DNA of 28,220 bases from Caecitellus pseudoparvulus. Lineage: Eukaryota > Protista > Bigyra: Bicosoecida. Below are positions 18,674 through 28,220 of the stretch, in pieces. Under the pieces are notes generated by a model. It made no database searches. It had not been told where the DNA came from and saw only the letters and a list, made by a program, of their open reading frames with translations. Both the position numbers and the translations under genes were made by a program. The stretch lies in the NCBI GenBank assembly GCA_965644315.1, contig CBFFRQ010000154.1, positions 1-28,220 on the forward strand, given 5' to 3'. The number at the start of each line of letters is the position of its first letter. The first letter of the stretch is position 1.

Positions 18674-21600
18674 TTAACCTAATTTTTGCAGTAGGCTCTG
18701 AAGGGATGACAAGGCATATTGGTTTCCCTGCTCAGCCGCCGCCGTGTACCACCGTACAGCCTCAGTCCCATCCTTCGCCACACCCTTGCCATGCTCATAC
18801 ATGACACCAAGGCTGTACTGCCCTTTCGCATGTCCCTGCTCAGCCGCCGCCCTGTACCATCGCACAGCCTCACTCTCATCCTTCTCCACACCCATTCCGT
18901 ACTCATACATAACACCAAGATTATTCTGCCCCTTCGGCTGCCCCTGCTCAGCCGCCGCACGATACCACTTCACAGCCTTACTTTCATCCTTAGGTACGCC
19001 CCATCCGTGGTCATACATGACACCAAGCTTGAACTGCCCATCGGCATGTCCCTGCTCAGCCGCCGCCCTGTACCACCGTACAGCCTCAGTCTCATCCTTC
19101 GCCACACCCTTGCCATGCTCATACATGACACCAAGGCTGTACTGCCCATCCGCATGTCCCCGCTCAGCCGCCGCCCTGTACCACCGTACAGCCTCAGTCT
19201 CATCCTTCTCCACTCCCTTGCCATGCTCATACATGACACCAAGGCTGTACTGCCCTTTCGCATGTCCCCGCTCAGCCGCCGCACGATACCACTTCACAGC
19301 CTTACTTTCATCCTTCTCCACACCCTTGCCATGCTCATACATGACACCAAGCCTGCACTGCCCATCCGCATGATCCTGCTCAGCCGCCGCCCTGTACCAT
19401 CGCACAGCCTCAGTCTCATCCTTCTCCACACCCTTGCCATGCTCATACATGACACCAAGCCTGCACTGAGCAACCGCATGTCCCCGCTTAGCCGCCGCCC
19501 TGCAACACCGTACAGCCTCAGTCTCATCCTTCGCCACACCCTTGCCATGCTCATACATGACACCAAGGCAATACTGCCCATCCGCATGTCCCTGCTCAGC
19601 CGCCGCCCTGTACCACCGTACAGCCTCAGTCTCATCCTTCTCCACACCCTTGCCATGCTCATACATGACACCAAGCCAATACTGCCCATCCGCATGATCC
19701 TGCTCAGCCGCCGCCCTGTACCACCGTACAGCCTCAGTCTCATCCTTTGCCACACCCTTGCCATGCTCATACATGACACCAAGGCTGCACTGCCCATCCG
19801 CATGATCCTGCTCAGCCGCCGCCCTGTACCACCGTACAGCCTCAGTCTCATCCTTCGCCACACCCTTGCCATGCTCATACATGACACCAAGCCTGTACTG
19901 CGCACCCGCATGTCTCCGCTCAGCCGCCGCCCTGCAACACCGTACAGCCTCAGTCTCATCCTTCGCCACACCCTTGCCATGCTCATACATGACACCAAGC
20001 CTGTACTGCGCACCCGCATGTCTCCGCTCAGCCGCCGCCCTGTACCACCGTACAGCCTCAGTCTCATCCTTTGCCACACCCTTGCCATGCTCATACATGA
20101 CACCAAGCCTGTACTGCGCACCCGCATGTCTCCGCTCAGCCGCCGCCCTGTACCACCGTACAGCCTCAGTCTCATCCTTTGCCACACCCTTGCCATGCTC
20201 ATACATGACACCAAGGCAATACTGAGCATCCGCATGTCCCTGCTCAGCTGCCCCACGAAAACACTGCATAGCATTGATATAATCCTTCTCCACACCCATG
20301 CCTTGTCTGTACATGGTGCCTAGGTTGAACTGCCCTTTCGCATGTCCTTGCTCGGCCGCTCCACCAAAACATAGTACAGCCATAGTATCATCCCTGTCCA
20401 CACCCATGCCGTGCCTGTGCATGGTGCCTAGGTTGTTCTGCCCATCAGCATGACCTTGCGCAGCCGCTGCACCATACCACTGCACAGCTTTGACATAGTC
20501 CTTCGCCACACCCTTGCCATGCTCATACATGACACCAAGCCTGTACTGCCCATCCGCATGTCCCTGCTCAGCCGCCGCCCTGTACCACCGTACAGCCTCA
20601 GTCTCATCCTTCGCCACACCCTTGCCATGCTCATACATGACACCAAGCCTGCACTGCCCTTTCGCATATCCCTGCTCAGCCGCCGCCCTGTACCATCGCA
20701 CAGCCTCAGTCTCATCCTTCTCCACACCCTTGCCATGCTCATACATGACACCAAGCCTGTACTGCGCATCCGCACGCCCCTGCTCAGCTGCTGCAACATA
20801 CCACTGCACAGCTTTGACATAGTCCTTCGCCACACCCTTGCCATGCTCATACATGACACCAAGCCTGTACTGCCCTTTCGCATGTCCCCGCTTAGCCGCC
20901 GCCCTGTACCATCGCACAGCCTCAGTCTCATCCTTCTCCACACCCTTGCCATGCTCATACATGACACCAAGCCTGCACTGCCCATCCGCATGTCCCTGCT
21001 CAGCCGCCGCCCTGTACCACCGTACAGCCTCAGTCTCATCCTTTGCCACACCCTTGCCATGCTCATACATGACACCAAGGCAATACTGAGCATCCGCATG
21101 ATCCTGCTCAGCCGCCGCCCTGTACCACCGTACAGCCTCAGTCTCATCCTTCGCCACACCCTTGCCATGCTCATACATGACACCAAGGCTGTACTTCCCA
21201 CCCGCATGTCTCCGCTCAGCCGCTTCCCGAAACCATCGCACAGCCTCAGTCTCATCCTTCTCCACACCCCTGCCGCTGGCAAACATGACACCAAGCCTGT
21301 ACTGCCCATCCGCATGTCCCCGCTCAGCCGCCGCCCTGTACCACCGTACAGCCTCAGTCTTATCCTTTGCCACACCCTTGCCATGCTCATACTTGACACC
21401 AAGCCTGTACTGCCCTTTCGCATGTGCCTGCTCAGCCGCCGCCCTGTACCATCGCACAGCCTCAGTCTCATCCTTCTCCACACCCTTGCCATGCTCATAC
21501 ATGACACCAAGCCTGCACTGAGCAACCGCATGTCCCCGCTTAGCCGCCGCCCTGCAACACCGTACAGCCTCAGTCTCATCCTTCGCCACACCCTTGCCAT

Positions 21601-24304
21601 GCTCATACATGACACCAAGGCTGCACTGCCCATCCGCATGATCCTGCTCAGCCGCCGCCCTGTACCATCGCACAGCCTCAGTCTCATCCTTCGCCACACC
21701 CTTGCCATGCTCATACATGACACCAAGGCTGCACTGCCCATCCGCATGATCCTGCTCAGCCGCCGCCCTGTACCATCGCACAGCCTCAGTCTCATCCTTC
21801 TCCACTCCCTTGCCATGCTCATACATGACACCAAGCCAATACTGCCCATCCGCATGTCCCCGCTCAGCCGCCGCCCTGTACCACCGTACAGCCTCAGTCT
21901 CATCCTTCTCCACTCCCTTGCCATGCTCATACATGACACCAAGGCTGTACTGCCCTTTCGCATGTCCCTGCTCAGCCGCCGCCCTGTACCACCGTACAGC
22001 CTCGACATCATCCCTCGCTACACCCTGGCCACGTCTGTACATGAAGCCCAGCTCGGCCTGTGCCGTCACATGTCCCTGCTCAGCCGCTGCATGAAACCAC
22101 CGCACAGCCTCAGTCTGATCCTTCGGCACACCCCAGCCGTACTGGTGCATGACTCCCAGCTCGGTCTGCGCTGTGGGATGTTTCTGTTCAGCCATTGTGA
22201 ATATTACCTTCAGCGCGTCAGCCTGGCCCATTTGTGTTTTTATACGCAAGTGGCGGTACACTGAGCGGCATTCCTCAGTCAGGATAGATGCTCGTTTAAA
22301 TGCTTGGCGTGTTTTACACTCAGCTGCTTGTGTGTCCTCCTGGCTTTGCGTCAAAGCCTGCTTGGCGCCCTGGAGCGCTGCTCGCACAGCCTTTCCGCTG
22401 GCGACCACAGGCTTCGTTGCCTCTCCTGCAGCCCCTGTCACATCATGCCGGGCACACAATAGTTCACGCACCATTCGCATGTTGCCACCTGTGTAAACCA
22501 CCTCCAAACCTTGTGCCTCGCCCCACGAGTTGCCAGTCTCCAGGTCCACCGCACGATCACCTTCAAGGCTGAACAGCTCCCTCACCACACCCAGGTGATC
22601 ATGCACGCAAGCAAGTCGGAAGCCGGCTTCAGGCCCATCCCTATCTCCAGTATGGACATCCACTGCTGCTTCTCCGCTCAGTGCAAGCAGTTCTTGTACT
22701 TTTGAAAGGTCGCCCGCGCGACAGGCAGCGATGAAGGGAGGCACATGAGAACCACCTTCTGCGGTTGGAAATGCCGCACCACTGACCCCATGGACTGAAA
22801 AATCTACTCCAACAAGTCCACTGCTGCCTGTGTCACCCTCTGCCTGGCAAAATGCTGCGTATGCCTCCTTGCACCATGATTTGCTCCCTTCGGACACGCC
22901 CTCTAGAACTTCAAGCAAATGGCGACCGTCCTCCTCGCCGCTTGACACAAACACACCCCCTCCCAAGCCTTCAGTCCCTATCCCTAGGATCTCGCGCAGT
23001 ACTCCTCTCATACAACTGTTTGCCTTTTCGCTCCCAATCCACACTTCTGAACACGCTCCAAGCACCACCATACATGAACCAGCTTCCACAGCCTCCGCCA
23101 CACCGGAAACCCTGCACGAGGGCAAGCCAACCACCACAAAGCTCGACAGCCTCACACCACCCACCCCAACACCACAAGCCTCGGCAACAGCACAGGTCCC
23201 AAGCACAACCCTGCACAGCCTCTGGCGGACCTGAATCCCCACGTCACCCCAAGCCTCATCATTTACGACCTCGCTCAAGGGCCATCCGGCTTCACAGTGC
23301 AGCTGCAGCGTCACACTGCTGCTGGACCCCACTGAATCTAATTCTGACGCTTCTGTGCACAGCGCAGCTCCCTGCATAGATTGAGTGAAGCGAGGTAGCC
23401 CTTGCGCCAAACGAGCATCCTCGCTCTGCTTCATTCCAGAAACCCTGCAAGCCAAGGTCTCAACGCTCACCGCAGCACGCCTGCACCACTCTTCCACTTC
23501 CTCTCGCCCCATGGTGAAGTCGGGCGTAAGACCAACTTGAACTTGCAATAAGTGCGTTGCCCCGCTCTCAAACCGCTGCACTCCTTCTGGCACATCAGCG
23601 CCCAGGCCTGACGGCAGCTGCTGGCCAACGAAAAATTCGTTGCTCCCCACCATGCCCACAAGCTGATTAAGACGCTTCACAGCAGCCTCCAGGTGTCCCG
23701 CAGCATCCTCGCTCATCAGCTCTCCTGCTTCCTGAACTCGCAGCCACTCAGCTTGCTGTATCATGCAAGCCATGGCACCTGATACTTCACTTGCACCGTA
23801 TACTTCATGACTCATCACGGCCTCGGAACCATCCATACTCACACGCTGTGTCTCGTGGTTGATCCACCACCGCGTCAGGTCTGCCAGGTCGCCTTCGGAC
23901 CCGCCCCCACCGCGCACGCTAAGCCAGGCCTCCAAAATGGGGCCCCATACCGCATCCCCCTCGGGCAAAGCGCTTTCACTCTCTCCCCCTGCCGCCTGGC
24001 GCAGCACATCCACCGCAGTAAAGCACCGAAACGAAAGGTGCTTCAGCGCAGCACACACAAGTTCTCGCCCTCGCTGCCCCGCCAACAGCTCAGCTTGCCC
24101 CAGCAACGAACTCCCCGCATCATGGAGCAAGTGTCCCAGATCCACCAGACTCGTGCAAGCGGATTTAGCATCCAAGACAGGCGTCTCCCCTCTGCCAATG
24201 GCCGCCAGCCCTCGTAACGCACAGCCAAGCAGAGCAGCGCCGTCAGGCAGACAATCGACTTTGGCCAGACACGCCAGGATTGCGTCACTTGGCGCATCCG
24301 ACAC
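18674..24304 (-). CDS. Large Sel1-repeat protein (~32 SLR units) with 2-3 ankyrin-like repeats and a possible degenerate kinase-like region; true start uncertain
   Basis: 36-aa repeats AEQGHADGQYxLGVMYEHGKGVxKDETEAVRWYRAA; ankyrin-like FIAACRAGDLSKVQELLAL and FRLACVHDHLGVVREL. The listed start is GTG and the frame stays open without an ATG to ~24427, so the 5' end may be spliced. Confidence 0.88.
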   Translation of the reverse strand: MSDAPSDAILACLAKVDCLPDGAALLGCALRGLAAIGRGETPVLDAKSACTSLVDLGHLLHDAGSSLLGQAELLAGQRGRELVCAALKHLSFRCFTAVDVLRQAAGGESESALPEGDAVWGPILEAWLSVRGGGGSEGDLADLTRWWINHETQRVSMDGSEAVMSHEVYGASEVSGAMACMIQQAEWLRVQEAGELMSEDAAGHLEAAVKRLNQLVGMVGSNEFFVGQQLPSGLGADVPEGVQRFESGATHLLQVQVGLTPDFTMGREEVEEWCRRAAVSVETLACRVSGMKQSEDARLAQGLPRFTQSMQGAALCTEASELDSVGSSSSVTLQLHCEAGWPLSEVVNDEAWGDVGIQVRQRLCRVVLGTCAVAEACGVGVGGVRLSSFVVVGLPSCRVSGVAEAVEAGSCMVVLGACSEVWIGSEKANSCMRGVLREILGIGTEGLGGGVFVSSGEEDGRHLLEVLEGVSEGSKSWCKEAYAAFCQAEGDTGSSGLVGVDFSVHGVSGAAFPTAEGGSHVPPFIAACRAGDLSKVQELLALSGEAAVDVHTGDRDGPEAGFRLACVHDHLGVVRELFSLEGDRAVDLETGNSWGEAQGLEVVYTGGNMRMVRELLCARHDVTGAAGEATKPVVASGKAVRAALQGAKQALTQSQEDTQAAECKTRQAFKRASILTEECRSVYRHLRIKTQMGQADALKVIFTMAEQKHPTAQTELGVMHQYGWGVPKDQTEAVRWFHAAAEQGHVTAQAELGFMYRRGQGVARDDVEAVRWYRAAAEQGHAKGQYSLGVMYEHGKGVEKDETEAVRWYRAAAERGHADGQYWLGVMYEHGKGVEKDETEAVRWYRAAAEQDHADGQCSLGVMYEHGKGVAKDETEAVRWYRAAAEQDHADGQCSLGVMYEHGKGVAKDETEAVRCCRAAAKRGHAVAQCRLGVMYEHGKGVEKDETEAVRWYRAAAEQAHAKGQYRLGVKYEHGKGVAKDKTEAVRWYRAAAERGHADGQYRLGVMFASGRGVEKDETEAVRWFREAAERRHAGGKYSLGVMYEHGKGVAKDETEAVRWYRAAAEQDHADAQYCLGVMYEHGKGVAKDETEAVRWYRAAAEQGHADGQCRLGVMYEHGKGVEKDETEAVRWYRAAAKRGHAKGQYRLGVMYEHGKGVAKDYVKAVQWYVAAAEQGRADAQYRLGVMYEHGKGVEKDETEAVRWYRAAAEQGYAKGQCRLGVMYEHGKGVAKDETEAVRWYRAAAEQGHADGQYRLGVMYEHGKGVAKDYVKAVQWYGAAAAQGHADGQNNLGTMHRHGMGVDRDDTMAVLCFGGAAEQGHAKGQFNLGTMYRQGMGVEKDYINAMQCFRGAAEQGHADAQYCLGVMYEHGKGVAKDETEAVRWYRAAAERRHAGAQYRLGVMYEHGKGVAKDETEAVRWYRAAAERRHAGAQYRLGVMYEHGKGVAKDETEAVRCCRAAAERRHAGAQYRLGVMYEHGKGVAKDETEAVRWYRAAAEQDHADGQCSLGVMYEHGKGVAKDETEAVRWYRAAAEQDHADGQYWLGVMYEHGKGVEKDETEAVRWYRAAAEQGHADGQYCLGVMYEHGKGVAKDETEAVRCCRAAAKRGHAVAQCRLGVMYEHGKGVEKDETEAVRWYRAAAEQDHADGQCRLGVMYEHGKGVEKDESKAVKWYRAAAERGHAKGQYSLGVMYEHGKGVEKDETEAVRWYRAAAERGHADGQYSLGVMYEHGKGVAKDETEAVRWYRAAAEQGHADGQFKLGVMYDHGWGVPKDESKAVKWYRAAAEQGQPKGQNNLGVMYEYGMGVEKDESEAVRWYRAAAEQGHAKGQYSLGVMYEHGKGVAKDGTEAVRWYTAAAEQGNQYALSSLQSLLQKLG
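18700..22195 (-). repeat. 108-bp coding tandem repeat (Sel1 units)
   Basis: Recurring cccttgccatgctcatacatgacaccaag at 108-nt period. Confidence 0.95.
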
Positions 24305-25010
24305 ACAGGGCCCATCCCCTGCACCTGTCTGCGCTGCAGCACCATCCTGCGTGAAGGAGGGGCGATGTGAGTCGTGAGAAAGTGGTGCCGTTAGAGCGAG
24401 ATCGTAAGGCGAGCACTTGCGCCTGCATCACTCCTCATGCATAAAGCTGCACGAGGTGCTCACCATGTACCTGGCACTACTCACCATGGGGGTCGAATCA
24501 ACTTTATCTCAGATAGCAAAGACGAAAAGTCACCCGTGCAGCTGGGAAGTTGCGTGGTTCCTCTGAGGCAGTGCCCTTCGGCAAAGCTGAGGCGTTGGCT
24601 GCAATTTCCGCACTGAGGAGTGCTTGATACAGCTCGAGGGCACAGACGAGGAAGGAGTGGGACCTAAAGGACTTTGGTATTTGATCATTGAAGAGTTTTT
24701 CATGTGTCATACCTGTGCTTGTCTCCCCCCCTCAACACCCAACCAATCTGCCGTTTGAATTGGCCGACCTCGCCCCTCGAAATCCTCCCAGCGCCAAGTC
24801 GGTCTTCTTGCGTCCACAGCACCTGATCAACGATACCACTTGGGCTCTGGGTAGCCATTGCTTACCGTTGCCTCCACGATGCCTTTACCTGTGCATGGCG
24901 CTGTGTAGCTTGTCCAGAATCGTCACGTTGGTGCTCCACACTCAAGGATCACAATAGAGATGGAGTGCAAACCGCGCAATTCAAGAGCCGACCGAAGTTC
25001 GCGTGTGTCT

Positions 25011-25457
25011 TCAAGGTGAAGGAGCCCCCGGTGTGCTAGGTCGGGGCCCAGGCCGGCTGAGGTACGTCTCCTGCTTGCACGTTGCAACTACGCAGCCTCT
25101 CAGCCAAGGGGAAGCCCACCACTGCTCGATAACCCTAGCGGCATGCTTGGTGGCAGACAAGTGTCCGCATTTGTCACAAAAGGCGCAATGATCCACACCC
25201 TTTGCGAGATGGCAAGCTGGTGTGCCGCAGAAGGTACCCAGATGCCTGTGTCCAAAGGACAGCCTGAGACCACCCTCACTCCTCGAACCATCCTTCGCGT
25301 GCACATCAACTTCCTGGCCACCAACTATGCTTATCAGCTCCATCGCATTATCAAGGTGGCCATGGCCGCAGGCCAGTCGTAACAAAGCCTCAGGCGCGCG
25401 GCGACGGACTGCCAAAGTAAGTGCTGCACGGTTCGATTTCCGCAGAACAGGCACCAA
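25011..25457 (-). pseudogene. Degenerate ankyrin-like repeat gene fragment
   Basis: PEALLRLACGHGHLDNAMELISIVGGQEVDVHA...EGGLRLSFGHRHLG matches the neighbouring repeat family but is decayed, with no clear ATG. Confidence 0.55.
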
Positions 25458-25904
25458 CGACTCAACGCCCCCCGGCGGTCTACCGGAGCGAGAAATGCAT
25501 CTTTGCGGACCCTAGAAGAAACTATCCCGTCGCAGGTTTCATCTCTAGCGACCTGCTTGGCGTATTTCTGCTTCCCTTACCGCAATCTAGATGCGATTAT
25601 TTGGCTGGCGCAGGCTCAGCAGTAAAATCAAAAACTGCGAAAGCTTGCTAACAGACAAGACTGCCCACAGATGCAAAACGACATGCATACCACCGAGAAA
25701 TTTAAAATACAATCGGCATTGATATTTGCTCTTGTGGGCTCAACTGATGAAGTAGTTTGAGTTTGAAGCGCCACCTTGCCTTCCTCTCCTGGCCATTCCT
25801 CTTGTCGCAAATACCTAAGTATCCACTCTCAGTGCTCGGCTCAACGGCACCTCTACACTGTAGTCAAAGCTCATATCAACCTTCCACCTTAGCCCGACAA
25901 CGCG

Positions 25905-27119
25905 TCAGGCAGCCAGTGACATCCTTAGCAGAACTGCTGCACTCCTCCCCTGCATCTCACTGGTACCGCTCCACACAGTATCCAGAGCCACGCGCAGTGC
26001 TAGCCTTCCGTCACTGAGCTTTGTGTCTCGTGGAATAAAGCGCTCACCTCTCAAGGAGAGCAACTCGCGCACCACGTCCAGGTGCCCATTCTTACATGCC
26101 GATCGAAAGCCATACTCAGGATCCCCCTCAAGCCCCGCATGCACATCCACCTCTCGATCGCCAGTGAGGGCTAGCAGCTCCCGCACCACACCAATACATC
26201 CATTCTTACAGGCGCATCGGAAGCCAGACTCAACATCTGAGTGGACATCCACGGCACGGTCGCCTGAGAGGCACAGCAGCTCGCGAACAACGCCCACATG
26301 TCCACCCCCACAAGCGAGCCGAAACGCAGACTCGCCAAGGTTATGAACGTATACCTCCTGATCACCTGTGAGAGAGAGCAGCTCCCGCACAACAGCCAAG
26401 TGTCCGTTTCGGCACGCTTTCCTAAAGCCGTTGTCCAACAATGTGCTTACCCGTGCCGCTCGCGAACCACGCAGCGCTAGCAGCTCACGCAAGACATCCA
26501 GATGCCCGTTTGCGCACGCCCAGCGAAACCCCCACTCCCGGCTTGCATGCACATCCACTTCACGGTCCCCAGCCAGCGACAGAAGCTCCCGGACCACTGC
26601 CAGGTGCCCGAATTCGCAAGCAGCTCGAAACGCGTACTCACTGTCTGCATGCACGTCCACTGCTCGTTCACCAGTCAAGGCAAGAAGCTCACGCACCACA
26701 TGAATGTGGCCATTTCGGCATGCCCCTTTAAATGCAGATTCGCCCCGAACATGGCTGTCAACTGCGCGCTGGTCGCCGAGACGCAGCAAAGCACGCACGA
26801 CGTCCACGTGTCCGAGGCGACACGCTTCACGAAAGCCAAGCTCTTCACTCGGCCAGAGCTCATGACTGCCACCACTGGAGTGAACATCTACCTCCTGGTC
26901 GCCGCTCAACGCCAGCAGCGCCTCCATCAACTCCACATGCCCAGCCATGCACGAGACCAGGAAGGCAGCCGTCGTCTCCTCGCCAGACAGACTCTCCAAC
27001 AGGCCCCCCTTCCCCCCTTGCCATTCCTGCATCATCTCCATTATTGCACCTGCGTTTACGGCGTCACAGGCAGCTTGCCAGCGCTGCCTTGCATCCGCAG
27101 GCCCGGCGCTACCAGCCAT
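25905..27119 (-). CDS. Ankyrin-like repeat protein (~404 aa, ~8 repeats)
   Basis: Repeats FRxACxxGHLxVVRELLxLxGDRxVDVH. First ATG at 27119 (MAGSAG); the ORF-track start at 27188 is GTG. Confidence 0.85.
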   Translation of the reverse strand: MAGSAGPADARQRWQAACDAVNAGAIMEMMQEWQGGKGGLLESLSGEETTAAFLVSCMAGHVELMEALLALSGDQEVDVHSSGGSHELWPSEELGFREACRLGHVDVVRALLRLGDQRAVDSHVRGESAFKGACRNGHIHVVRELLALTGERAVDVHADSEYAFRAACEFGHLAVVRELLSLAGDREVDVHASREWGFRWACANGHLDVLRELLALRGSRAARVSTLLDNGFRKACRNGHLAVVRELLSLTGDQEVYVHNLGESAFRLACGGGHVGVVRELLCLSGDRAVDVHSDVESGFRCACKNGCIGVVRELLALTGDREVDVHAGLEGDPEYGFRSACKNGHLDVVRELLSLRGERFIPRDTKLSDGRLALRVALDTVWSGTSEMQGRSAAVLLRMSLAA

Positions 27120-27495
27120 GGCGTGGTGAGGCAAGTTCCGCAGTCGCACGAGACGCAGACTTTGCAGGAAATTATTCGCACGGGCCACAATTCAAGGTTT
27201 GCGTAGCATCTATCTGTCTATTACAGGTGGTTTGATTTTGATTGCCCCTGCATAGGTTTTGTGGTGCTCGCAGCGCCTTCGAATACGCTGTATCTGACAC
27301 CCGCTTCTGCTCTCCTCAAAACCTGACCCCAACACAGACCAATATTCACAAAACAACCCCCTGACAAGACAAATTTCTTGATCATGCTTAGCTGGTGCGA
27401 TCCAGGTCCACTTTTGAACAAAGGAGCGTCTCGCTGCGCGTGCTCACGCTCGCCAGCTCCAAGTGCGGAACTTTTCCCTGCTTGAACTGTGAAGC

Positions 27496-28220
27496 ATGGC
27501 AAGCGAGGGCTGCCCAGCGCAGCTCGTGGAGCAGTGGAATGCAGCATGTGCCGATGGAGATGCAGATAAGCTGTTGCTCATTCTCCAGCAGGTCACAAGT
27601 CATCCTGGCCGCATGAACGAGGCTTTTGAGAAGGCTTGCACCACCGCTGGCTTTTGGGTAGCTTGTGAGGCGGGGCAAGTGGAGCTGGTGCGCGGCCTGC
27701 TTCGGCTGGAGGGTTCACAGGCAGTTGATGTTGCTGCCGATGACTGGTACGGCTTCCGTGCAGCCTGCTCCAATGGCCACTTGGAGCTGGTGCGCGAGCT
27801 GTTGGCACTGCACGGTGAGCGGGCGGTCAATGTCCACGCGTCTGCTGAAGCAGGCTTTAGGCAGGCATGCAGCATGGGGCACCTCGAGGTCGTTCGTGAG
27901 TTGCTTACCTTGACAGGCGATCGGGCGGTTGACGTGCGCGCTGAGCAGGGTGCAGCGTTCAAAGGAGCTTGCCGAAACGGCCATCTTGGCGTAGTACGTG
28001 AGCTGCTTGCGCTGGAGGGTCACCGCGCAATTGATGTGCATGCTGCAGGCGAGGAAGGGCCATCCAGCGGCTTGGAGCATGCCTGTGCATGCGGCCACGT
28101 GCTCGTTGTGCGGGAGCTTCTGGCCTTGGGCGGGAGCAGGGCAGTGGCCGTTGACGCCTGCAACGCTGGCTTCCTGCTCGCCTGCTCCCATGGCCACGTT
28201 GAGGTGGTGCGAGAGCTGTT
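27496..28220 (+). CDS. Ankyrin-like repeat protein, paralogue of the divergent neighbour; runs off the window end
   Basis: Manual translation (absent from the ORF track because there is no stop): MASEGCPAQLVEQWNAACADGD...GFRAACSNGHLELVRELLALHGERAVNVHA...FKGACRNGHLGVVRELLALEG. An in-frame TGA at 27490 precedes the ATG. Confidence 0.85.
   Translation, partial: MASEGCPAQLVEQWNAACADGDADKLLLILQQVTSHPGRMNEAFEKACTTAGFWVACEAGQVELVRGLLRLEGSQAVDVAADDWYGFRAACSNGHLELVRELLALHGERAVNVHASAEAGFRQACSMGHLEVVRELLTLTGDRAVDVRAEQGAAFKGACRNGHLGVVRELLALEGHRAIDVHAAGEEGPSSGLEHACACGHVLVVRELLALGGSRAVAVDACNAGFLLACSHGHVEVVREL

Noticed and set aside
18700-22195. CRISPR-like array
   Set aside because: Repeats are contiguous in-frame coding units without unique spacers, in a eukaryotic context.
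18719-22264. Long alternative-frame and antisense ORFs over the Sel1 array (534, 604, 527 and 333 aa)
   Set aside because: By-products of a stop-poor 108-bp tandem repeat; only the Sel1 frame resembles a known protein.
25131-25138. Isolated TAACCCTA
   Set aside because: A single unit, expected by chance, with no junction context.

Overview
GC-rich eukaryotic chromosome end (or telomeric array), read from the C-rich telomere strand inward. (TAACCC)n at 1-322 is followed by a head-to-tail array of three non-LTR retroelements, all with 5' ends facing the telomere, each joined to telomeric repeats and none with a poly(A) tail. (i) A full-length autonomous element (~323-7930) has one ~2188-aa ORF: novel ~700-aa N-terminal module with a putative Cys-His-Asn papain-like protease, then APE endonuclease, RT, CCHC finger and a C-terminal PIP-box-like motif. 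(ii) A deeply diverged non-autonomous partner (~8002-10924) shares both termini but encodes only the N-terminal module, stopping where the endonuclease begins. (iii) A 5'-truncated, near-identical second autonomous copy lies at 10935-18064. The arrangement parallels Drosophila HeT-A/TART/TAHRE, but in a TTAGGG-telomere organism. Inward are an AT-rich island, a large kinase-like/ankyrin-like/Sel1-repeat gene and a cluster of ankyrin-like repeat genes. All domain calls are by-eye motif recognition; no searches were run and the host is not identified.
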